Positions 49,616-58,365 of a stretch of 64,000 bases of DNA are shown piece by piece. The stretch's first letter is position 1; every line of letters starts with the position of its first letter. The notes beneath the pieces are model-generated. The model was not told where the DNA came from. It did no database searches and was given only the letters and a program-made list of their open reading frames with translations. The DNA comes from a virus: positions 1 to 64,000 of the IMG/VR virus record IMGVR_UViG_3300049489_000321; one strand, given 5' to 3'. The translations under genes and the position numbers were made by a program.

Positions 49616-49777
49616 ATGCCAGAGTTTGTTTGTTCGTTTTGCGGCAAAGAACTCTATACATCAAGGTTAACTGTTGTGCTGTGTACTTGTGAAGGTTTTC
49701 TACGCAACGAACACGCTAGACGCGAGTCGCACAATAGACCTGTTCCACGTGGCAAGAAAAAGTCCAGTTACAGATGA
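49616..49777 (+). CDS. Small zinc-binding hypothetical protein (53 aa)
   Basis: CSFCG..CTC; preceded by TTGACT-N17-GACAAT at 49578. Confidence 0.55.
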   Translation: MPEFVCSFCGKELYTSRLTVVLCTCEGFLRNEHARRESHNRPVPRGKKKSSYR

Positions 49778-50208
49778 TTATTAAAGACAATAGATTGCCT
49801 GATAGATTTTGGAGTAAAGTAAAATTGTATGAACCCACGCAATGTTGGGTTTGGACCGCTAGTTTAAACAATAAGGGTTATGCTAAATTTAGATGGAATG
49901 ATAAAATATCTTTAGGCCATATAGTTTGCTATAAGATATTAGTAGGCGAAATACCTGATGGATTGTGCCTAGATCATGTAAAATCTAGAGGATGTATATT
50001 CCGTTGTTGCGTTAACCCCGCGCATCTAGAACCTGTAACACAAGGTGAAAATTGTGCAAGAGCAAGGAAAACACATTGTAAAAGAGGACATGAATTAGTA
50101 GGAGAAAATCTTCTTTTACAACCAACAGGCAAACGTTGCAAAAAATGTCTTAGTATGTTGAATAGAATGTATTATTTAAAAGGAAAAAATAACAACTATG
50201 AGCTTTAA
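49774..50208 (+). CDS. HNH homing endonuclease
   Basis: RFWSKV, CWVWT, LDH...CVNPAHLEPVT..EN, THCKRGH. Confidence 0.93.
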   Translation: MIIKDNRLPDRFWSKVKLYEPTQCWVWTASLNNKGYAKFRWNDKISLGHIVCYKILVGEIPDGLCLDHVKSRGCIFRCCVNPAHLEPVTQGENCARARKTHCKRGHELVGENLLLQPTGKRCKKCLSMLNRMYYLKGKNNNYEL

Positions 50209-50926
50209 CCCAAATCGTCTGAACCCTTCCAACGCTAAATTTAAGAAAAGACAAAACGCAAGAGGAGGCGGTGTTTCACATAGCGCTGTAGCTCGTGGCA
50301 AAGGAGTTGGTGATTTTGCTCCAAGCAATGCCCAAGAACCTACGGCACACGGTATTCGTATCCCTTCGTTTTTGTGTGATGAATTCGTTACTTACTACGA
50401 ATGTTTGTTTTCTGGTAACAACACTGGATTTGGGTTAAGCGCCGACAAGAACAAGACGGTGTGTGTTCTAAGCGGCACTGTTTACATTACTACCGCTGCA
50501 ACTGTAAAAACAGAAAATGGTTGGGAAGTAGACAATGACACCAAGACCATGATAAAAGTTAACGCTGGCGCACATGCTAGTTTTCCGGCTGGAACGGCGT
50601 ATAGCCTAGCCACTACAGGCAAACAGAATGTTGAGATGCTAGTTACGACTAGCATTGGTTATGACGATTCTTTTATACCATTAGAAGAATCGATTTCTAA
50701 GCCTGGAAAAATGATTATGAAGGCTCCCGAGGGACCTGTCAAAGCGCGTGTTAACAGTCAAAAAGAAAAAGACGTAGTTGCATCACAGTTTGCTCGTAGA
50801 CAGAGGCAACGTGGTGCCAACGTCGGTAAACGAACTGAGTTGTCTGGAACAAGTTCTGTTCCTAATGTAAACAGTTCAACAGTTATAGGCGTGAATCCAA
50901 TGCCCTTTAGGTTCACCGACGAATAA
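50198..50926 (+). CDS. Hypothetical protein with cupin-like core
   Basis: VLSGTV...AG..ASFPAGTAYSL. Confidence 0.55.
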   Translation: MSFNPNRLNPSNAKFKKRQNARGGGVSHSAVARGKGVGDFAPSNAQEPTAHGIRIPSFLCDEFVTYYECLFSGNNTGFGLSADKNKTVCVLSGTVYITTAATVKTENGWEVDNDTKTMIKVNAGAHASFPAGTAYSLATTGKQNVEMLVTTSIGYDDSFIPLEESISKPGKMIMKAPEGPVKARVNSQKEKDVVASQFARRQRQRGANVGKRTELSGTSSVPNVNSSTVIGVNPMPFRFTDE

Positions 50927-50933
50927 GGAGTAG

Positions 50934-52526
50934 ATGCCTGAATTAACAAAAGGTTTTGGACCTCCTGCTACTGCTGGACAAAAACAGCGTCGTAGCATGT
51001 TAACAGCTGGTAACACGTCTACTACTGTTAATACCGGTCGCTCAGCTAGTCCAGGCGCTGCTCTGTGTCCTATGTGTGACCACCGTCACGGTCCTGGTAG
51101 TCAGTGTAGCTATCAAAAAGGTATTTTAGATCTATTTGATATTTCAAAAGCTGATCAACCAACTATGCCTGGTAAAAAAGGCGGTGGAGGTATACCTGGT
51201 CACACAGGAGGAAATAAGCACCACGGTCCTGACGGACGGTTCACTACGGCTGGTAAGGCTGTAAGCGTAACTCCTGCCAAGGGAAAACCAGCCGTAAAGG
51301 TTCCTAAACCAGATGAAGTTAACGCTGGCGGCGGATTCAGTGTTCCGAAGCCTAAAGATGACTTTAAAGTACCAAAACCAGGTGAAGTAAGTGCAGGTGG
51401 CGGTTACGAGGTTCCTAAACCAAATACCATGAATGCTGGTGGTGGATTTAAAGTTCCAAAACCAAAGGACGAGACGGTGGGCACTGTAGGTCCGTCTCCA
51501 AAAGCAGAGTCCAAGTTTGACCCAAATAAAACCGGTGCTGCGTCTCCTAAAGCGAAAGACGGTGGTCCGCTAAAAGGCGAAGAAGGCGGCAGCGGCGGCG
51601 TTACAGGCGACGGCGCTAAGACTAAACAAGGCGGCGAAGAAGACGAAGCCTATAACAAGGTGGTCGATGAAAACAAAAACAAGTTCCTTCCACCAGGATC
51701 TGAGAAACCAATAAAGCCAGATGACTATAGCAGAGCACACATTAATTTAACCCAAAAAATGGGAGATCGCGCTCGTTCTGCAGCTAAACAAGCTGGGCAC
51801 AGTACTTCTCAAGTAAACTTGGCTGCGTTTGAAGCAGACCAAGATGCTGGACATGCCGTTGGATTGGCCAAAGAAAGAGGGATTCCCGCACACGAAATAG
51901 AACAACATCTTCCTCAATTAATGGAAGAGGCAAAGCAGGCGCGTATAAATGCTGCTAATCAGCCTCCTACTGTAGAGGGGTTGTTTGACCAAGGTCAACA
52001 ACCCGTTTCTGGAACTATATTTCAATCTCCAACAAAACTAGACGCACATCCTGGTATTCCGCTAGACGGATCAACGCAGACAACTTCTGTCGGTACTCCT
52101 CAAGGAGTTGAGCACAACTTACGAGATCCAAGTAAGATGGGAACAGGAATGAGTTCACCTCCTGCTTCCGCAACGCCTCCAACACCTAACGGACCTCCGA
52201 CTCCAAAAGGTAAGACTCCACCAAAAGGAAAAAAAGGCGGGTCACTTGGTCTTCCTATTGCGCAAATGTATGGTGCTGGTAGTGCTATAGGAAGCGGATT
52301 GGCTGGTAGTCCTGGTGGTGGTGTAGCGCCTACGGCGTCTTTTGCTGCTCAAAGAGCACATCAATTGTTAAATCCTAATTTAAATTCAACTACCGGACCA
52401 GCTTTGGCTAATCCTGGTTCCGGCCCTGGTGGACGTGCTGCGTGGCAAAGTGCCAACGCTTCTCAAAAGCCAATTCATAATAATTTTGGTATTCGTAAAT
52501 CAGTTTTGGATGTTTTGGATGACTAA
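50934..52526 (+). CDS. Disordered Gly/Pro-rich putative internal head protein
   Basis: Repeats of KVPKPxEVxAGGG[FY]; HGPDGRF motif. Confidence 0.7.
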   Translation: MPELTKGFGPPATAGQKQRRSMLTAGNTSTTVNTGRSASPGAALCPMCDHRHGPGSQCSYQKGILDLFDISKADQPTMPGKKGGGGIPGHTGGNKHHGPDGRFTTAGKAVSVTPAKGKPAVKVPKPDEVNAGGGFSVPKPKDDFKVPKPGEVSAGGGYEVPKPNTMNAGGGFKVPKPKDETVGTVGPSPKAESKFDPNKTGAASPKAKDGGPLKGEEGGSGGVTGDGAKTKQGGEEDEAYNKVVDENKNKFLPPGSEKPIKPDDYSRAHINLTQKMGDRARSAAKQAGHSTSQVNLAAFEADQDAGHAVGLAKERGIPAHEIEQHLPQLMEEAKQARINAANQPPTVEGLFDQGQQPVSGTIFQSPTKLDAHPGIPLDGSTQTTSVGTPQGVEHNLRDPSKMGTGMSSPPASATPPTPNGPPTPKGKTPPKGKKGGSLGLPIAQMYGAGSAIGSGLAGSPGGGVAPTASFAAQRAHQLLNPNLNSTTGPALANPGSGPGGRAAWQSANASQKPIHNNFGIRKSVLDVLDD

Positions 52527-53226
52527 CGAACCTATAGATTTATATAAAAGTAAGTCAAATAACAACAGAATTGTAGAAAACGCCATAATAACAGCGTTTG
52601 TTTATGAAGGCATAATTCCTAAATCAGTTCGTTATACTTTGCAAAATACTGAAATTGCTGGTATAGTTAAATCCACATCTTCTGATGTGTATTTTTTTAG
52701 TTACAACAGTGGTATAAATAATTTAGAGTTAAGTTTAGTGGATTCATTTTCGTATCGTAAAGCAACAGAACTTTTTTCAAAAAGCGAAGAAGGATTTGAT
52801 CTAGAATATGCGGAAGAAGAAGAGAAATCTGGTCAATCGGGCGGACAAAATGCTGGTGGGTTACCTGGTACAATTGACGAAGAAAGAAACGTAGCTGCAC
52901 AAAGACGATTAATAACAGAAGAACACCCTGGCGCTGCTGTAGGCATGACTCCTGATAGACCTGATCGCGGTCGTCAGTGGCATCAAGACACTGTTAAGTC
53001 TCTACAAGACCTATCAGAAAACATCAATAAATCTGTAACAAGTTATTTTAATATTGCTTCTCCTACGGAAAAACAATTCATGGTTGAAGTAATGGGGAGA
53101 TCCCCAGATGAGGTTGATTCAGGCACTATAAAGATGACTCCCTTACAAAAAGTTACATATCAAAAGTGGTTGGCTAAATCAGTTTATAAAGACTACACGT
53201 CACTAAATTCGTGGCGAAATCGTTAA
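52519..53226 (+). CDS. Hypothetical head-associated protein
   Basis: Immediately upstream of portal; multiple xKS motifs. Confidence 0.7.
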   Translation: MTNEPIDLYKSKSNNNRIVENAIITAFVYEGIIPKSVRYTLQNTEIAGIVKSTSSDVYFFSYNSGINNLELSLVDSFSYRKATELFSKSEEGFDLEYAEEEEKSGQSGGQNAGGLPGTIDEERNVAAQRRLITEEHPGAAVGMTPDRPDRGRQWHQDTVKSLQDLSENINKSVTSYFNIASPTEKQFMVEVMGRSPDEVDSGTIKMTPLQKVTYQKWLAKSVYKDYTSLNSWRNR

Positions 53227-54977
53227 TGAAGAAAAAATACGGAAATAGCGTTAATTACGAGAAGATCGTTGAAGAAGTTGCTCGTATGTCTGTTGCTACG
53301 CAACAGATAATGCCTATAGTTAAGGAACAAATAGAAAAAGGATGGAAGCAAATTCCAAATGTTGACGCTAAACGCTCAACAAAGTCTTGGTTTTATGATC
53401 CTCTTTCAGTTCAATTTGCGCTAGGCTATAAAGACCGTAACTTCTCTTTAACTTTTGACATCTTAAAGAGAACAGTACAGCAGCTAGCGCTGCTAAACGC
53501 CATTATCAATCTTCGATGCGCGCAAGTAGCTGCCTTCAGTCAACCGTATAGAAGTACAAGAAGTCTTGGTTTTGTAATTAAACACAAAGATCCAGATCAT
53601 CCTACTACTCGTGCTGAGGTTGAGTTTATTAAGGAATTGGAAGCGTTTGTACTTAACTGCGGAAGATCTGAGAGAAACCCGTATTCTTTAGCAGATAGAG
53701 ACGACTTTGATACTTTTTTGCGTAAAATTGTTCGTGATTCTTTAAGCTATGATCAAATATGTTGTGAGGTAGTTCCTGATAAAATGGGAATTCCTTATGA
53801 ATTCGTAGCAGTAGATGCTTCTACAATACGGTTTTCAGCCGATCCTAGAATACTAGGTGCCAACATGGCTCCTTCACGCAACGGATTTAATCCAATAAAT
53901 CCTAAAATCAACCTAGGACCCGCCACAGCAGATCCATTTACTGGTGCTGTGGAATCAGAAGGAAAGCCAACCAAGTTCGTCCAGGTTGTTCAGGGGCAAA
54001 TAGAGAACGTATACAATGAAGACGAGTTATTTATAGGTATTAGAAATCCTAAAACAGATATCTTAACCGGAGTTTACGGGTACTCAGAAGTAGAACAGCT
54101 AATCAACACGATCACAGGCATGTTGTATGCCGAAGAGTACAATCGAAACTTCTTTAAGCAAGGAAGCTCTCCTCACGGTATTCTAAATTTTAAAGGTGAC
54201 GGCGTAACAGATGAGACTATTGAGGGTTTCCGTAGGTATTGGGCTGCTCACGTAACGGGTGTACAGAACAGTCACCAACTTCCTGTTCTAAACTCAGAGG
54301 GTCTAGAATTTATTGATTTCCACAAGACTAACACGGAGATGGAATTCAATAAATGGATTGAATACAACATTAAGACTATTTGCGGTGTGTTCCTTATAGA
54401 ACCAGAAGAGATCGGCTTCTCGCTATCTGGTGGTGTAAGTCAAACTCCTTTATTTGAGTCTTCTTCTGAATGGAAGCTAAAAGCTAGCCGTGATAGAGGT
54501 TTAAAGCCTCTTCTTAAGTTTGTATCTAAATTAATAAATAAGAACATTATTGACAAGATTGACGATCATTTTGCCTTAGAATTCGTAGGTCTAGATGAAA
54601 TGGACGAACAGTCCAAGCACAATATGATGATCGAACAGATTTCATCATATATGACGCTTAACGAAGCTCGTAGACAACTAGACATGCCTGATATAGAGGG
54701 CGGTGATATTCCGATGAATCCCACATACCTTCAGATGATGAAGATGAAGATGGACGCTGATCAGGCGAAACAACAAATGCAACAGGACCAAGCCGCGCAG
54801 GCACAACAAGCACAAGCACAGCCTCAACCGGGACAGGACCAGGCTCAGGATATGCAGGGACAACAGCCCAACGCCTTGCCAGGAAGCTTCCCAGATCAGC
54901 CGCAGCAACCGCCTAACTACAGTTCTACTTTTGGATTACCTGACTTTCCATTTTTTGACGATAACACGGGAGAATAG
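53211..54977 (+). CDS. Portal protein
   Basis: F.RKIVRD.L.YDQ, F.AVDASTI, RNP..D..YGYS.VE, N..FF.QG..P.GIL, MEF.KW, MTLNEAR. Confidence 0.95.
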   Translation: MAKSLMKKKYGNSVNYEKIVEEVARMSVATQQIMPIVKEQIEKGWKQIPNVDAKRSTKSWFYDPLSVQFALGYKDRNFSLTFDILKRTVQQLALLNAIINLRCAQVAAFSQPYRSTRSLGFVIKHKDPDHPTTRAEVEFIKELEAFVLNCGRSERNPYSLADRDDFDTFLRKIVRDSLSYDQICCEVVPDKMGIPYEFVAVDASTIRFSADPRILGANMAPSRNGFNPINPKINLGPATADPFTGAVESEGKPTKFVQVVQGQIENVYNEDELFIGIRNPKTDILTGVYGYSEVEQLINTITGMLYAEEYNRNFFKQGSSPHGILNFKGDGVTDETIEGFRRYWAAHVTGVQNSHQLPVLNSEGLEFIDFHKTNTEMEFNKWIEYNIKTICGVFLIEPEEIGFSLSGGVSQTPLFESSSEWKLKASRDRGLKPLLKFVSKLINKNIIDKIDDHFALEFVGLDEMDEQSKHNMMIEQISSYMTLNEARRQLDMPDIEGGDIPMNPTYLQMMKMKMDADQAKQQMQQDQAAQAQQAQAQPQPGQDQAQDMQGQQPNALPGSFPDQPQQPPNYSSTFGLPDFPFFDDNTGE

Positions 54978-54978
54978 T

Positions 54979-55494
54979 ATGAATAAAACTACAGAGATTC
55001 TTGAGGATTTTATAAAATCTTTAAGTACGTCATGTGACGATAGAGATGACGATTCTATACTTGATATAGACAAGGTTCCTGCTGCGGCATCTGAAATAGA
55101 TAAGACCGTAGTTGAGATTGAGGTAGAACCAGACGACGTACATTTGCGTGAAAAAGAAGAAAACGAAGAAGTAGAAAAAGCAATGACCGTTGGTTCTATT
55201 CCTACTCTCGGTAGTGCAACCAGGCGCAGTATATACGCGTCTGCTACCACTCCTGTTACTAGACAGTTTACAAAACTTACTCCACCAGAAGGTAGAGCAC
55301 CTCTTCTACCTGTTCCGTCAATGAAATATGCTCATGATGAATACTCAAGCTGTAATGCACACGGACTTACTTATAAGTCAACCAGTGAATGTCCACATTG
55401 TGCTATGTCTAAATCATACTCGTGTAAGTCGTGTGGTGGTGATTTGGTTAAACAGATAGGTGGCACCACTTCGTGCCAGAAGTGCGGAGCCTAG
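54979..55494 (+). CDS. Hypothetical protein with C-terminal zinc fingers
   Basis: CPHC, CKSC, CQKC. Confidence 0.75.
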   Translation: MNKTTEILEDFIKSLSTSCDDRDDDSILDIDKVPAAASEIDKTVVEIEVEPDDVHLREKEENEEVEKAMTVGSIPTLGSATRRSIYASATTPVTRQFTKLTPPEGRAPLLPVPSMKYAHDEYSSCNAHGLTYKSTSECPHCAMSKSYSCKSCGGDLVKQIGGTTSCQKCGA

Positions 55495-55495
55495 T

Positions 55496-55615
55496 ATGTC
55501 AAAAATTACAAAAAATCCTCGTCTTGTGTTAGCTACTCCCGCTAGTAAAGACGTTGTGGTGAAGTCAGTTAAAGATATTAAAAAGAGCATTCCTCTTTAC
55601 ATAAGGATTAAATAA
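55496..55615 (+). CDS. Small basic protein (39 aa, not in ORF track)
   Basis: Fills gap between neighbours; MSKITKNPRLVLATPASKDVVVKSVKDIKKSIPLYIRIK. Confidence 0.6.
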   Translation: MSKITKNPRLVLATPASKDVVVKSVKDIKKSIPLYIRIK

Positions 55616-55617
55616 TT

Positions 55618-56082
55618 ATGGCCAACTACGGACCAAGAAAACCAATTCACATGCAGGATTCTGAGCTAAGTAAGTCATATAAGAATCCGTCTTTTGAATC
55701 TTTTAGAGACAACGAAATACATACATCCGACTACAAAGAGATGGAAGATCGTCCGTCAACACATGCTATGGCATCTATGCGACGGTATCCAAACGGCGAA
55801 CTAGAGTACCAATGGGCGGTTGCCGTTATTATGGACGCCTTACACAAAGCCGAAAGAGGTATGTTTTTAACTCCTCTAGAAGAGTCCATGATTAGCGTTG
55901 TTTTTCCGGAATACAAGTCTGACGCCGCTGACGCTGCACTAGCGCAGGTTCGTACTAAACTTTCACAGACGGAAAAAGAAAATCTTAAGATGATGGTTGA
56001 AGCACAACTAAAAGAAGAGTTTAATTATAACGCGGGGCGCGGCGGGGGCAACACTCCAGGCCGCACCAGAACACTTCCATAA
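55618..56082 (+). CDS. Hypothetical head-associated protein
   Basis: N-terminus MANYGPRKP shared with next gene. Confidence 0.75.
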   Translation: MANYGPRKPIHMQDSELSKSYKNPSFESFRDNEIHTSDYKEMEDRPSTHAMASMRRYPNGELEYQWAVAVIMDALHKAERGMFLTPLEESMISVVFPEYKSDAADAALAQVRTKLSQTEKENLKMMVEAQLKEEFNYNAGRGGGNTPGRTRTLP

Positions 56083-56093
56083 ACGGAGAATTT

Positions 56094-57635
56094 ATGAGCA
56101 ATTACGGACCAAAGAAGCCTTTAAACTGGAGAGAACCTACGTTTGCCAAAGCGGTAAAACGCGTTACAACTCTTGAGGAAAAACTAGATATTCACTATCG
56201 TGACGGAACTCCACCTACTCGTGGAGGGGCTTCTTGGGGCGCTCCTAGTGGTCTTCGTCCGCCTATTCCAAGCAAGCTCAATCCACCGCTGATTATTAAG
56301 GCTGTTTTAGCCCCTGTCAAATACGGCGAAGAAGGCAAACCGCAGTTTGCCCGTAAACGCGGACCAGACGGTAAGTTCGTTGAAGCCGAGAGCACAGGAT
56401 CTGAATCAACTGCTCAAGACGACGCTCAACGTAATGAACGTGAAAGCAAGTTATCTGAACATCGTTCACACGACAAACTAGTCGATACTAAGTTACGTGC
56501 GCAAGCAGTATCTCGTGGTGAGTCTGTAAAGAATCCGAGTGTTAAAGATAACAAAGAAAAAGATGGGAAAGTAGATAAAGCATTAGGTTCACAAGTACCC
56601 GGTGTTTCGTCTGCGATGCCTATTGACACGGTAAACGATCCAGTTAGTAAGCAGATCGGTGTTACAAAAACCGGTAATCCTATTTTCGATGATCCACACC
56701 ACTCAGAACACACAGATTTCACACCAGATGACCACCAGGATGCTGCGCAAGCTAACGCTACAGGTGCCCAACAAGCTATGGCAGCCGGCGATCAAGCAGG
56801 AGCCATGCGTATGCAGAACAACGCCAGCATCCACGATTCTATGGCTAACGATACAAGCAATCCTTCTACTAGGTTCTTGAATCAATTAACGACAGACAAT
56901 GGGCAAGCTCCTTCCATGGATGATCTACCGCAGGACGACTTGTCTGCACTAATGGGCGGTACTCCTCCTACACAAGACCCGATGGCAGCGCAGACAGCTA
57001 CACAACCTCCTGGTATGCAGTCTACGCCACAGGACGGTTTATCTACATTAATGGGCGGGCCTACTGCTCCTATGCCGCCACCAAGTGCTGCTCCTACAGG
57101 AGTTACTCCACCTAACGTACCTCCTGTTGCTCATAATACTGCTGGCGCAGAGCCGGATTTTAGATCTGATGCGCTTAGTAATTTTGTAGACCCAGGCGCC
57201 GATAAAAACAAGCCAACAATGAACCCGCCCGCAGCTGGACCAGCTCCTGGCATGATTAATAGTCAAACTGGTACAGGAGTCGGCCCACAGACAGACTCAT
57301 CACAGTTTGCTGGAACGATGTCGCAGCCTCAATCACCTCAAGACGAAATGTCGCCTGTATCTCCCGACACGTCTGACACAACCGGTGCTGTTGACTTAGA
57401 TCAGCTGTTTGGTAATGGAGAAGACGGTGATAGCGACACGCCTCCAATGGGAGCACCTGGCGAAGAAAGCGACGACAGCGACTCTATGCCTAATGATCCT
57501 GCTGATGACAAACCGTCTTTTGGTGGTAAAGAACCTGCTTCTGATGATTCTGCTGACGAATCTGACGAAGAAGACAAGGATAAATTAAAAGTCGCAATGA
57601 ATAAAGCTCTGGTGGCGTTATCTAGACTAATCTAA
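56094..57635 (+). CDS. Disordered acidic putative internal head protein
   Basis: MSNYGPKKP; RGPDGKF; IG.TK.G.PI...H..FT.DDH.DAA. Confidence 0.75.
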   Translation: MSNYGPKKPLNWREPTFAKAVKRVTTLEEKLDIHYRDGTPPTRGGASWGAPSGLRPPIPSKLNPPLIIKAVLAPVKYGEEGKPQFARKRGPDGKFVEAESTGSESTAQDDAQRNERESKLSEHRSHDKLVDTKLRAQAVSRGESVKNPSVKDNKEKDGKVDKALGSQVPGVSSAMPIDTVNDPVSKQIGVTKTGNPIFDDPHHSEHTDFTPDDHQDAAQANATGAQQAMAAGDQAGAMRMQNNASIHDSMANDTSNPSTRFLNQLTTDNGQAPSMDDLPQDDLSALMGGTPPTQDPMAAQTATQPPGMQSTPQDGLSTLMGGPTAPMPPPSAAPTGVTPPNVPPVAHNTAGAEPDFRSDALSNFVDPGADKNKPTMNPPAAGPAPGMINSQTGTGVGPQTDSSQFAGTMSQPQSPQDEMSPVSPDTSDTTGAVDLDQLFGNGEDGDSDTPPMGAPGEESDDSDSMPNDPADDKPSFGGKEPASDDSADESDEEDKDKLKVAMNKALVALSRLI

Positions 57636-57648
57636 CCACTGTTGTTAA

Positions 57649-58365
57649 ATGGAAAAGGCTAGAAAATTGTCACGTCGTATGGAATTTCAAGGACTTAATA
57701 TTTCCATCGAAACTGACAAAGGTGAAATTAGAGAATGGTTTGATACTAATTCCGGACAGTCTGGTAAGACTACCATGGTATACCCTTACGGGTATATTAC
57801 TGGTCTTAAAGAAAAAGGCGAAGACGGTGACTGTTTAGATTGTTTCGTTGGTCCTAATAAAGACGCTGAAGTTGTTTACGTTGTTAGACAGTTAAAGAAA
57901 CCAGAGTTTAAAGAATTTGATGAAGAAAAAGTTATGTTTGGTTTTGAAACAGAAAAAGAAGCCAAACAAGCTTATCTAGAACACTATGATGATAAGAGAT
58001 TTTTTGGGTCGATTTATTCTATGCCAATAGATGAATTTAAGTCTGAATTAGTAAAGTCCATGGGAAATCAACTTCCTATGGACCAAATGAAGCCTCAATT
58101 TACGTACGACATTGATCAACTTCCTAACGTTGAACACTGGTTAAACAGCGTTGGATCTTTAAAAGAAAAAGATATTTTAGGTCTTTGTGCTGAAATATGG
58201 GGACCAGGTTATTCTTTTATAAAGCTAAGTAAAACACACATTATTGCTGAGTTACGCGGATTTTTAAGAGATCAGCAGGAATTGTTGTTATTAGCACAAC
58301 CAGATGTAGTAGAATCTTCTGTCGATCCAGTAGCGGTGCCACATGCAGAACAACCTAATAATTAA
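57649..58365 (+). CDS. Inorganic pyrophosphatase-like (InPase) domain protein
   Basis: FQGLNISIE..KG..R, YPYGYI, DGDCLDCFVGP, FDEEKVMFGF. Confidence 0.82.
   Translation: MEKARKLSRRMEFQGLNISIETDKGEIREWFDTNSGQSGKTTMVYPYGYITGLKEKGEDGDCLDCFVGPNKDAEVVYVVRQLKKPEFKEFDEEKVMFGFETEKEAKQAYLEHYDDKRFFGSIYSMPIDEFKSELVKSMGNQLPMDQMKPQFTYDIDQLPNVEHWLNSVGSLKEKDILGLCAEIWGPGYSFIKLSKTHIIAELRGFLRDQQELLLLAQPDVVESSVDPVAVPHAEQPNN

Noticed and set aside
50198-53226. Terminase expected upstream of portal
   Set aside because: No Walker A/B or nuclease motifs seen; terminase is probably outside the window
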